Positions 55,801-64,000 of a DNA stretch of 64,000 nucleotides are shown here, in pieces. Each line of letters begins with the position of its first letter. Positions within the stretch are counted from its first letter, which is position 1. The notes beneath the pieces are model-generated. The model saw only the letters and a program-made list of their open reading frames with translations. It had not been told where the DNA came from and did no database searches. Made by a program: the position numbers and the translations under genes. Source of the DNA: an uncultured virus (IMG/VR IMGVR_UViG_3300029904_000008) (taxonomy: Duplodnaviria; Heunggongvirae; Uroviricota; Caudoviricetes); IMG/VR virus record IMGVR_UViG_3300029904_000008; one strand, written 5' to 3'.

Positions 55801-55984
55801 TGTTCACTTGCTTTAAAGTTTCGTAATCTTTTTTACGAGCTTTCGCTATTTCCTTGGCCACATACACAAAATTCTTACGTACCCTTATAGGAATACGTAA
55901 GAATGTGAAATAATCAAAGTGTATATTAGCTTGACTACAAATTATATATTGTCCTTCTAAGCTCAGCTCATCAGTCCGAAAAAA
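55778..55984 (-). CDS. Putative -1 frameshift extension of the tail assembly chaperone (gpGT-like)
   Basis: Slippery T TTT TTC at 55984-55978. The -1 frame has no ATG and is open for about 66 codons to TAG at 55778. Confidence 0.7.
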   Translation of the reverse strand, partial: FFRTDELSLEGQYIICSQANIHFDYFTFLRIPIRVRKNFVYVAKEIAKARKKDYETLKQVNNGIRNGF

Positions 55985-56748
55985 TCCGGATTCCCCAATA
56001 CTGAATAAGTTTCCTTATCCGTAGGATCCTGAGGATTTTCGAGAACTATAGTCCCAGGGAATACAGGATCCATCTCCATAATATGAGATCGTATTTCTCG
56101 CATTTCCTTTACAGAGAACATCTTAAAATTAGTCACACCTTCGAATGTACCATTTACCTGTAACTTAAGATTACGAGCAATCAACTCGGTATTCCTTGTT
56201 CTCTTGGCTTCAGGAAGACCTAACAAATATTGTTCCGATTTACTAGTCATTAGGTTAAATGAAAGTACCTTACCAGTTGATAGAGTGAACTCTATATCGG
56301 TGAGTTTACTATGATCCCCGTTAGGTATACCCGGATAATAGGGAAGAGCATAAGGCTTAGCTTCCAATTCCTCATCTGAGGGTAAATGGGAATAATCGTC
56401 AAATACTAATTCCCTTATATCCTGTTCGAAAGTGAAAGTACTACCATCCTTAAAGGTATAATCAAATTCTATTTTACCTTCGAGAGAGAAGATGTTATTC
56501 TGCAATATAATGCAATATTTGTCAAGCAGGGGCAAATTTCTTGCATCTTCTAGAGTAAGTTTTCCACTTTTAGTATAATTAGTATCTACTACTAATGATG
56601 CAACAAACTTGATAAGATTAGTTAAATCCTTTGCATCCCTGGGATTGGTAAGGATATCCTCATCCTCTCCATTCTGTTCTCTGATAGTGTACTTAAATCC
56701 AGATGGAGCAATGAACTCCATAGTTCTAAAATTAAATTCCTTTTCCAT
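55963..56748 (-). CDS. Tail assembly chaperone
   Basis: Between tube and tape measure; IRE..G.DEDIL motif; ends PDFF. Confidence 0.75.
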   Translation of the reverse strand: MEKEFNFRTMEFIAPSGFKYTIREQNGEDEDILTNPRDAKDLTNLIKFVASLVVDTNYTKSGKLTLEDARNLPLLDKYCIILQNNIFSLEGKIEFDYTFKDGSTFTFEQDIRELVFDDYSHLPSDEELEAKPYALPYYPGIPNGDHSKLTDIEFTLSTGKVLSFNLMTSKSEQYLLGLPEAKRTRNTELIARNLKLQVNGTFEGVTNFKMFSVKEMREIRSHIMEMDPVFPGTIVLENPQDPTDKETYSVLGNPDFFGLMS

Positions 56749-56794
56749 TGTTTTGTTGATTTAGATTGTTAGAAAATGAAGGTTTGCTAGACAT

Positions 56795-56835
56795 AAGAAA
56801 AGGGTGAGCTCTCAGTGATTACTGGAACCCACCCC
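56795..56835 (-). terminator. Intrinsic terminator after the tail tube gene
   Basis: GGGTG...CACCC stem plus TTTTCTT. Confidence 0.65.
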
Positions 56836-56872
56836 ATCCAACCTAAATCTAACAAACCGACTATGAAAAAAC

Positions 56873-57337
56873 TTAGTATCTATCTGCTGTACCTATAGAA
56901 AATTCAATCGATTCTATAGTATTCTCGGATGCTTGACGATCCCATTCTAGACCAGTGATCTTACAGGGCCATACCTCCTCATAATGATGTACATTAAGAA
57001 CCGATACACCATCTTCGGCAAGATCCGAAACTTCTACAGTTTCCCAATAATCCGAAGGAACTAATCCTCCACCAAGGATCATATCCTGACAGGCAAAAAG
57101 CCAATCCCAAATCCAAGTATCTGATCCTGAGGTAGTCATTAACTTTTCTACAGTCATATTACCAACACTTACACGACCAGCAGTCTTTACGTCTCGGTTA
57201 ATATCACCATGAGTTACTTGATCTATCTCAATATCCGGAGCAGTTACCTTTTGACAAAGGTAAGCATTTATGGGATGATTGGGGAAACTTATACTGAATA
57301 GGAATTTCTTCCTGGGGTTTTTAACTTTTGCTCCCAT
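56873..57337 (-). CDS. Tail tube protein (T4 gp19-like)
   Basis: NPRKKFLF...KTAGR...WDW...VWPCKI...D....IESIEF. Confidence 0.9.
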   Translation of the reverse strand: MGAKVKNPRKKFLFSISFPNHPINAYLCQKVTAPDIEIDQVTHGDINRDVKTAGRVSVGNMTVEKLMTTSGSDTWIWDWLFACQDMILGGGLVPSDYWETVEVSDLAEDGVSVLNVHHYEEVWPCKITGLEWDRQASENTIESIEFSIGTADRY

Positions 57338-57348
57338 AGTTATATAAT

Positions 57349-59112
57349 TTATTCATTATCTGAGTTAATGTCAACTGACTGAGAAGCAGCATCAATGGTA
57401 ATATTAATGGTAATCTCCTGCATCGGAACTACATCCTTATACCTAAGGACTACCTTATATTTACCTTGTCTTACATCTGCTTCATTATTAACGGTAAGGT
57501 CGTTATAAGAAGTAGCATTTTGATCACCCATCCAGGTGTATTCGGTCATAGCCTGTTGATCAACCAAATTATCCAAGATAGGTTTAACTCTCAACCATAT
57601 ATTTTTCCAAGTTCCCCAAGTGTTAGGCTCTTCAAGGTAATTCTCCAGAATAGGACGTAAAGTCTTCTTGAGATAAAGATTAAGCCTTACAATTGAAAGG
57701 AATCTTTCTGAATCCTGTTTTATCTGAGAAGTGAAAAGATGCCAAAGCATAGTTTGCTTTCCAGAAGAAGGAGTATCTTTGAGTACAATCATGTTCACAT
57801 AATTCTGAGCAAGCTCATTGAGAGCATCATACTGAGAAGGTGAACCATAATTGGGACATACCGGACCATAACCATCCCATATTACTCCTCGGTTCATTCC
57901 CGCAAAGGATTTCCAAGGACCATAATTAGAAGCCGAAGCATCTCCAAGACCCATTATAGTACCCAATACATCACATCCCTGAAGTCTTCCTGAATCGCTG
58001 TAATATTTAATACCGCCTCCGAAGAAAGCAATGTATTTAGAATTACCTACAGCACCAAGAGTGGGAGTTACCCATTCATTTATCTTTTCATAATTCTCTA
58101 ATGATTTAGGGATTTCGATATAATAAGTATATTCCTGAAGAGGTACCAATACATCGGCTATAGCAGCATGAATTTGTCTAATTACGGTATCATCTCTAAC
58201 CCCAGATTTATCCAACATGAATTCATTGAGGAATGAGCAACCTACCTGATATACATCGGTATAATCCAATAGGGTCTTAATGGCATCAGTCCAGTACTTA
58301 ACCAAAGTAGCATTATCATCTACACCACCACTGCCAGAAACTGCTGGAGTTACTTCATACTGAGGTATAAAATAGTTATTAGTAGTACCCTTGCTACCCA
58401 AAACTATTGGAAGTGATTCATTAGTAGACTGATCCAATACTTTTAGTTCATTAAGTATCTGTTCGAATACCACCTCATCCTCCGGTTTAAGGTATACTGA
58501 GTTATCCAAAGCATCACTTAATGACTGGTAATCTACCTGTGCAGGTAGATTCCTAGATGGTCTTCCCATCTGATCAGACCCCTGTACGGCATTCTTGATA
58601 TTTATAAGGGTGTTAGACTCTACCAACTCCTCATTATTGAGGTCATATATTTCGTAACTAAGAGTACTTACGCCATTACCATTAACTTCATTCTTAAGAG
58701 AAATACGGAATTTATCACTTTCCTGGCCAATATATTTGATAACTACATTGAGGTCTTTACCATTAACTGTAAGGATTTTCATAGAAGGTTCAGATTCTCC
58801 TTTACTGTCGAGGTTATCCAGATCCCCATAAAAACCATACTCACCATCAATGGATACCTGACCAAGCACTTTGATAATTCTTAACTTAGAACCAAGTTCC
58901 AATGCTTTCTTCACATTTGATACTGTACCGTCTGGGCATATCTCTTCTCCAAATTCCCTTTGGAACTGGGCATAAGAGGTAATCACCTTTGAGGGATCAT
59001 TAAATGGTCCCTTAGTAGTTCTGGTCAGTATACAAGATACTCCCATTAAGGGAGTAGTTTCCAGAACGTTATTATTCTGGAAATTAAACTTTACATAAGG
59101 TGAAACTGACAT
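57349..59112 (-). CDS. Tail sheath protein
   Basis: T.KGP.N.P..ITSY..F.R.FG, PWKSFAG..RG, SIVRL and EEPN. Confidence 0.9.
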   Translation of the reverse strand: MSVSPYVKFNFQNNNVLETTPLMGVSCILTRTTKGPFNDPSKVITSYAQFQREFGEEICPDGTVSNVKKALELGSKLRIIKVLGQVSIDGEYGFYGDLDNLDSKGESEPSMKILTVNGKDLNVVIKYIGQESDKFRISLKNEVNGNGVSTLSYEIYDLNNEELVESNTLINIKNAVQGSDQMGRPSRNLPAQVDYQSLSDALDNSVYLKPEDEVVFEQILNELKVLDQSTNESLPIVLGSKGTTNNYFIPQYEVTPAVSGSGGVDDNATLVKYWTDAIKTLLDYTDVYQVGCSFLNEFMLDKSGVRDDTVIRQIHAAIADVLVPLQEYTYYIEIPKSLENYEKINEWVTPTLGAVGNSKYIAFFGGGIKYYSDSGRLQGCDVLGTIMGLGDASASNYGPWKSFAGMNRGVIWDGYGPVCPNYGSPSQYDALNELAQNYVNMIVLKDTPSSGKQTMLWHLFTSQIKQDSERFLSIVRLNLYLKKTLRPILENYLEEPNTWGTWKNIWLRVKPILDNLVDQQAMTEYTWMGDQNATSYNDLTVNNEADVRQGKYKVVLRYKDVVPMQEITINITIDAASQSVDINSDNE

Positions 59113-59171
59113 ATTGTTGTGTTTTAAAAGGTTATACCTAATTTATATTAACAAGTTTATGTATCGCAATA

Positions 59172-59870
59172 TTACTCTGTGATGTGCAGAGATAACATGT
59201 CGTTTTCTTCTTTTTCATAGGTGCCTATTAGAGTAAGGATATCATTAATGGGAGAAATGGTTATTTCCTCATCCTTATATTCGTCTAGAACTCCATCTAC
59301 ACAAGTATAATTGTACACCTTTTCCAATAACCCATGTTCCTTATCATCGTAATTATACCAATTAGCGATTTCAATATAAAGGTTACCAGAAGGTAATACC
59401 TTTTGATTTATCCACTCATAATAATTATTCAGGTAAGGCCTAATATATCCTCTAGCAGGTAAAGCCCGATACATGATATTATGGAGTATTCTTAATTCGG
59501 GCATATTCTTAGCAACCAAATGAACATCCATAGAAATATCCTTAGTTTCAAAAGGATACTCCATAATATTGAACTGGTTATCCTGATTAGCTTCTAGACC
59601 GAATTTCTCCATGCCAATAGTTCCAGGATAATAGGCATTTAGGTTTATGGTTATCCTGGGAGCTATCTTTGCACCCTTAGCATGATTATTCCCTACTCCG
59701 AATATATTAACGAAAAGAGGTATCTTGGATACATCCTCATGGTACTTCTTTTCATTTTCAGGTGAAGCAGGGAGATAATCGTCTGGATTAATGGTGTAAC
59801 CCATTTTAATCGCTGTACTGAGAAGGCTTACATAAAAAGTCCTCTCAACAATTTCTTCTGATTGTACCAT
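59172..59870 (-). CDS. Tail completion/terminator protein
   Basis: Directly upstream of the sheath gene. Confidence 0.55.
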   Translation of the reverse strand: MVQSEEIVERTFYVSLLSTAIKMGYTINPDDYLPASPENEKKYHEDVSKIPLFVNIFGVGNNHAKGAKIAPRITINLNAYYPGTIGMEKFGLEANQDNQFNIMEYPFETKDISMDVHLVAKNMPELRILHNIMYRALPARGYIRPYLNNYYEWINQKVLPSGNLYIEIANWYNYDDKEHGLLEKVYNYTCVDGVLDEYKDEEITISPINDILTLIGTYEKEENDMLSLHITE

Positions 59871-59882
59871 AGTAATATAATA

Positions 59883-60617
59883 TTAGAAGGGTAAATCATC
59901 AGGTCCATCCGAGGGAGGAGTGTATCCTTTAGGTTTAGGTGTTGCAGGAATATCATCCCAGAAGTTACCCCAATTTCCCTTATATCTACTTCTACCTGAG
60001 GATCCTCGAGATCCATAATAACCTCGAACAGTAATTTTCTCAAGAGCAATTATAGATTCTCTTATCTTCTTCCTAATACCTTGAGTTATATCTTTCTTTA
60101 ATCGGGCATTACCACCAATCTCATTAAAAGCTGGTCTCCATAATGGACGAGCTGGGATTTTAGGTCCTCCATACTCAAGGATTTGGGCAATTTGTTTCAT
60201 AGTAATCCTAGAACTACCTTTTGCACTTGAAGGTCTCTTTAATCCTCTTGGTAATCCCACTGCAATAGTTAATCCAGGACCCTGATCAATAATCTTAATG
60301 GATCTCATATAAAATCCTGTAAGATTGAGAAGTTTATGAGGACCTAAACTCTTTACTGTAGATGCTGCATGAGGTGGCCAAGAAACTCCCTTGGGTGGGG
60401 TACCTGTTCTTAAGCATCTCCTTACTAGTTGGTGTAATTTTTTTGCAAACTTAAGAGCTCCTTCATGAGATCCCATATAAACCTCTCCAGGAAATTCATC
60501 TAAGAACTTCTGAACTCTTTTAGCTTTTTCTCCATCTACTTTTATGTAGAAATTCATAGACCCGGACATTAGATTGCCCGGGTCCGATCTTATATTTATA
60601 TTAGGTACTCTTGCCAT
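59883..60617 (-). CDS. Neck/virion morphogenesis protein (HK97 gp10-like)
   Basis: IAQILEYG..KIPARPLWRPA. Confidence 0.75.
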   Translation of the reverse strand: MARVPNINIRSDPGNLMSGSMNFYIKVDGEKAKRVQKFLDEFPGEVYMGSHEGALKFAKKLHQLVRRCLRTGTPPKGVSWPPHAASTVKSLGPHKLLNLTGFYMRSIKIIDQGPGLTIAVGLPRGLKRPSSAKGSSRITMKQIAQILEYGGPKIPARPLWRPAFNEIGGNARLKKDITQGIRKKIRESIIALEKITVRGYYGSRGSSGRSRYKGNWGNFWDDIPATPKPKGYTPPSDGPDDLPF

Positions 60618-60618
60618 A

Positions 60619-63366
60619 TCAATATTCTAATACATATTTACTACTCATAGCGAAGTTAAGGTTATTAACTATAAACCAAAGATCTACAATAGCTCGATAG
60701 TCATTATCAGAACTAATAGCTGTAGCTACGATATTATTGTTATTCTGAGGTTTTATAGTATATACTTGAGATTCGGTATCCTGAATAGCGATAGCTAATT
60801 TTAAATGAACATTATCTCCTACTATAAATCCCTGTAATACCTGAATTACATCTAATCCGGCAGAAGTATTATTGGCAATGAAGGTAGATAGATGAGTCTT
60901 GACATAATTAGCTGCAGAAGATATCTTAGCCAGATTTGTTAAATTGGGTTCATCCATACCAATAGTAGTACCAAATTGGCTATTAACTACCCAATTCAAG
61001 TACTGCTTATCCATGGAAGTCATAATACCATTACTTTCCGTAGATACTGTAGGAAATGCAAAGTATATACCATTCTCGTCTACATAGCATTGAGCATCTT
61101 TTACTCGTATACAGTTACTAATGGGTACAGTATTAGTTATTATACCTCCATTATAGAAATACAAAGCAGGAGTACCACTCAATCCTACAGTACCTTCATC
61201 ACCAGTTATAACCTGGGCAGTAGTTCCAGAAGTATACCTGGCCATACCCAATTTCATATTACTGATTTTTTTATCCTGATTATCAGTAATAGCCGTCAGG
61301 GCATCAGTAGTAGATTTAAGAGCAAAATTATCTACATTTATGGTTTGAACGGATCCATCGGTTGCAAAGAATTTACTAGAGCTTCCCCCTGTAGACAAAC
61401 TAATGCCCACACCAGTTCCCTTAAGGATTATACCGGTATTAGCATCGATATGAACATTCTTATTATTAAGGTTATTACCTACCTCTAAGACTCCATAGTT
61501 AGATGTACAAGACATTATTGCCTTGCAAGTAGTATTTATACTATCGTATACACTAATCTCAAGGTTATTTATCTTAGCTCTCTTAACATCTCCCGAATTA
61601 CTACGGATTAAATCACCAGAAAGAGTTCCTCCAGTTAAAGGTAAGAAACTTCCCTTAACGAATCCCTGAGAATTAACCCAGCTCTGGGTAGCATACCCCG
61701 TAAGTGAAGGTATAGTGGGTTTATCAGTAAGATCTTCGTAAGATCCAGAAGTGGCTACCGGAGCAAATACGGGTTTACCTGCTATAGAACTCCAAGCCCA
61801 AGTAGTGGGGAAATCCGTAATCTGATTTTTAGTATGAGTATGAGAACTTGCAGCAGCACCAATACCTGAAGCAGTAATATTAAGGGATTTAGCTGTAGAC
61901 CCATTAAAGGTAAACATGTTAGTACCCTCAGTAGCTCCTCCATTAAGTTTAATTACCAAGTTCTGTTTTCCGGTAACTTCGCTAATAGAAGGCCATCTAG
62001 TTACATAACCACTAGGAGCAGCTTTTAATAGAGCATCCCAACCAGAATTGAGATCATTGATAGAAGCGATGTTCGTGGCAAATACCGAAGGCTTACCCGT
62101 AATATTCCCCCAAGATACAGAACCAGATCCTGGATCGATAATACAATTAAGGGTACCATCCGAGGTTATTTCAAGACCATCGCCAACCTTAATACCTCCG
62201 AGAGTACTAGTGGTAGCTTTAGGTATGGTTACTTGAGATAATATCTCTTGTATGGATATAGTTCCACCATTAGCATGCAACAAGTCATTAGGAGTTTTAC
62301 CCACCATATATACACCATTATACCGATATTGAGTTTCCTTTACACCCTCAACGGTACCCTTTCTAAAGGCTGTTATAGATCCGCTTTTAGGATCTATTAT
62401 CATTTGAGAAAAATTAGTCTCAGCCCATATTCTTGCTCCACTACTGGATGATTGACCAGGGAATCTTCTTCCTATACCTATATAAAATTTATCATCCTCG
62501 TTAGTAGTAGCTTGACCTGAAATATAGATATAAGGAGTAGCAGCCGACCCAGTGCCCTTAGGAGTTATCTGTATATAATCAGAAGAGTATGGACTATTTG
62601 CCATTTTACCCCCGGCTAAAGGTAAATAATCATCTAATTCACTTTTCTTGGCATACGTAGCTTCAGCATTGGTATGTTCTAGTGCAAGGTTGTCATTGGT
62701 AGCCTTAATTTCCTCATCCAATTGGAGAACTGCCTCGGTAAGGTTAGTTTCCTTAGAGATGTAATTAGCTCCAGTATAGGTATTGGTACCTATAGCACCT
62801 TGCAATACAGAAGTATCAGGAATATTTAACTTAGATTTAAGTTCATCAATAGAGATAGTACCACCTGCTGCATGAAGGAGATCAGAAGTAGTTTTTCCAC
62901 CTATAGTTACTCCACTCCTGTTAAAGGTTGCCCTTCCTGGCATACTATATGTGTTGTAGAAGCTAAGACCCTCTTTGCCAAGAAATGTAAACTCTGTATA
63001 GCCAGGGCCATCAGTAATATAGTATCCAATTCTTATACCAGTCTCTCGAATCCAAGTGCTATTTACACTTGCTCGCCCAGCAGCTCTTATTTCTACCCGA
63101 GGAGCATTGGAGGTTGTTACATCCAATTGGATATAAGGAGAATCAAATACATCATCTGGTGTAGTAGTTAACACTCCTCCCGTTAAAGGGAGATAACCCC
63201 TTAAATCATCTTTAGTAGCATAATTGCTAAGGTCTACCTCGCTGCCTCCGTAAGCAGAACCATTATAAAATATCTTATGGGTATCGGTTGCCAAATAAAT
63301 ACCATCTAGGTGTTCTTGAACACTGGCTTCTGTACCCACATAAAATTTCATGAAAGCCATAAGCAA
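60619..63366 (-). CDS. Fibre protein built of repeated modules
   Basis: YLPLTGG-type motif x3, SWGNITGKP, ATTSTLGGIKVG, SHTH and ATSGSY.DL.DKP. Confidence 0.75.
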   Translation of the reverse strand: MLMAFMKFYVGTEASVQEHLDGIYLATDTHKIFYNGSAYGGSEVDLSNYATKDDLRGYLPLTGGVLTTTPDDVFDSPYIQLDVTTSNAPRVEIRAAGRASVNSTWIRETGIRIGYYITDGPGYTEFTFLGKEGLSFYNTYSMPGRATFNRSGVTIGGKTTSDLLHAAGGTISIDELKSKLNIPDTSVLQGAIGTNTYTGANYISKETNLTEAVLQLDEEIKATNDNLALEHTNAEATYAKKSELDDYLPLAGGKMANSPYSSDYIQITPKGTGSAATPYIYISGQATTNEDDKFYIGIGRRFPGQSSSSGARIWAETNFSQMIIDPKSGSITAFRKGTVEGVKETQYRYNGVYMVGKTPNDLLHANGGTISIQEILSQVTIPKATTSTLGGIKVGDGLEITSDGTLNCIIDPGSGSVSWGNITGKPSVFATNIASINDLNSGWDALLKAAPSGYVTRWPSISEVTGKQNLVIKLNGGATEGTNMFTFNGSTAKSLNITASGIGAAASSHTHTKNQITDFPTTWAWSSIAGKPVFAPVATSGSYEDLTDKPTIPSLTGYATQSWVNSQGFVKGSFLPLTGGTLSGDLIRSNSGDVKRAKINNLEISVYDSINTTCKAIMSCTSNYGVLEVGNNLNNKNVHIDANTGIILKGTGVGISLSTGGSSSKFFATDGSVQTINVDNFALKSTTDALTAITDNQDKKISNMKLGMARYTSGTTAQVITGDEGTVGLSGTPALYFYNGGIITNTVPISNCIRVKDAQCYVDENGIYFAFPTVSTESNGIMTSMDKQYLNWVVNSQFGTTIGMDEPNLTNLAKISSAANYVKTHLSTFIANNTSAGLDVIQVLQGFIVGDNVHLKLAIAIQDTESQVYTIKPQNNNNIVATAISSDNDYRAIVDLWFIVNNLNFAMSSKYVLEY

Positions 63367-63373
63367 AAACTTT

Positions 63374-63407
63374 AAAAAGGGATAAGAGAACTTAACCCCT
63401 TATCCCT
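63374..63407 (-). terminator. Intrinsic terminator
   Basis: AGGGATAAG/CTTATCCCT stem plus T-tract. Confidence 0.7.
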
Positions 63408-63418
63408 GTATTATTAAT

Positions 63419-64000
63419 TTATACGTTCTGAATTGTAAGAGCAGCCTCGAGTGCAGCAATACGAGCAATCAAAGCCTCTACCTTAGTTTCTACCTCAGAC
63501 TTAGTAGCATAAGTAGTAGTAATTACATTGCCACTTGCATCCTGAGTTGCCTTGGTAGCAGTTGCAGCATTACCACTAAGAGCACCCTTGAAGGTAGTAG
63601 TAGAGAGAACCTTAGTAGAAGGATTATAGGTAAGTCCCCCTGCCTTGTTAACCCCAGCAGTCTCGGCATTAGTATTATTCGAATTACCAAGCAATACATT
63701 AAATGAACCATCAGTAGAAATAGCGGCAGCTTGAGTAACCTTAGTATCCGTCCAAGGTACAGTTACAAATGCCTTATTTGAACTGAGTTCTACAGGATAA
63801 TTTTTACCGTTCTCAGTATAACCTATCATTATACCACCAAGAGCCGAAGAAGTAGCAACCGGGAGAACATACTTATTAGCACCTTCTGCAATACCATTCA
63901 ACTTCTTCTTATCTGCAGCAGACATTACACCGGCAAGAGTAGTAGTAGCAGCAGGAAGAGTAATAGGAGTATCTGTAGGCTCTCCAGAAGCGGTATTTAT
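63419..64000 (-). CDS. Fibre protein, 3' part (starts beyond the window)
   Basis: The frame is open to base 64000 (..LPAATTTLAGVMSAADKKKLNGI); ATSSALGGI and GNAATAT fibre motifs. Confidence 0.75.
   Translation of the reverse strand: MNTASGEPTDTPITLPAATTTLAGVMSAADKKKLNGIAEGANKYVLPVATSSALGGIMIGYTENGKNYPVELSSNKAFVTVPWTDTKVTQAAAISTDGSFNVLLGNSNNTNAETAGVNKAGGLTYNPSTKVLSTTTFKGALSGNAATATKATQDASGNVITTTYATKSEVETKVEALIARIAALEAALTIQNV

Noticed and set aside
6936..63171. Numerous short plus-strand ORFs in the track
   Set aside because: They lie antisense to well-supported genes and lack promoters or recognisable motifs. Only 39516..40163 is retained.
1..64000. Stop-codon reassignment, as in some gut phages
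   Set aside because: Long conserved genes are intact under the standard code, and TAA, TAG and TGA all end genes.
60619..64000. Diversity-generating retroelement target or template
   Set aside because: I saw no reverse transcriptase and no repeat pair differing only at adenines in this window.
1..64000. tRNA or rRNA genes, capsid, portal, large terminase, endolysin
   Set aside because: None were recognised by eye. The head and packaging genes probably lie outside the window. tRNAscan-SE would be needed to exclude tRNAs.

Overview
This 64-kb window is part of an AT-rich tailed phage genome with a contractile (myovirus-type) tail. Seven TTTG/ATTG-N19-20-TAnnTTTG promoters point to a Bacteroidota host. 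Almost all genes are on the minus strand. The layout from left to right is: (1) about 1-13 kb, short early or host-takeover genes under repeated host-type promoters, including a lipoprotein, XRE-HTH, KTSC, several Lys-rich proteins and one hyperacidic protein; (2) about 13-15 kb, a NusG/UpxY-like factor plus a protein with a sigma region-4-like domain; (3) about 15-39 kb, recombination, replication and nucleotide metabolism genes; (4) a single plus-strand sigma-like gene; (5) about 40-64 kb, baseplate, tape measure, tube, sheath, neck and fibre genes. The main highlights are: two adjacent thymidylate-synthase-fold genes, both with the dCMP-type Asp, next to an all-alpha dCTPase-like gene and a dUTPase, suggesting a cytosine-replacement pathway; a DNA polymerase A fractured by a naturally split intein with a free-standing Vsr-like endonuclease between the halves; an Ala-start class 3 intein in the SbcC Walker A motif; 3'-UTR segments that are antisense to translation-initiation leaders, suggesting phage sRNA control; and an unannotated -1 frameshift in the tail chaperone gene. 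All calls come from reading motifs by eye; no database searches were run.
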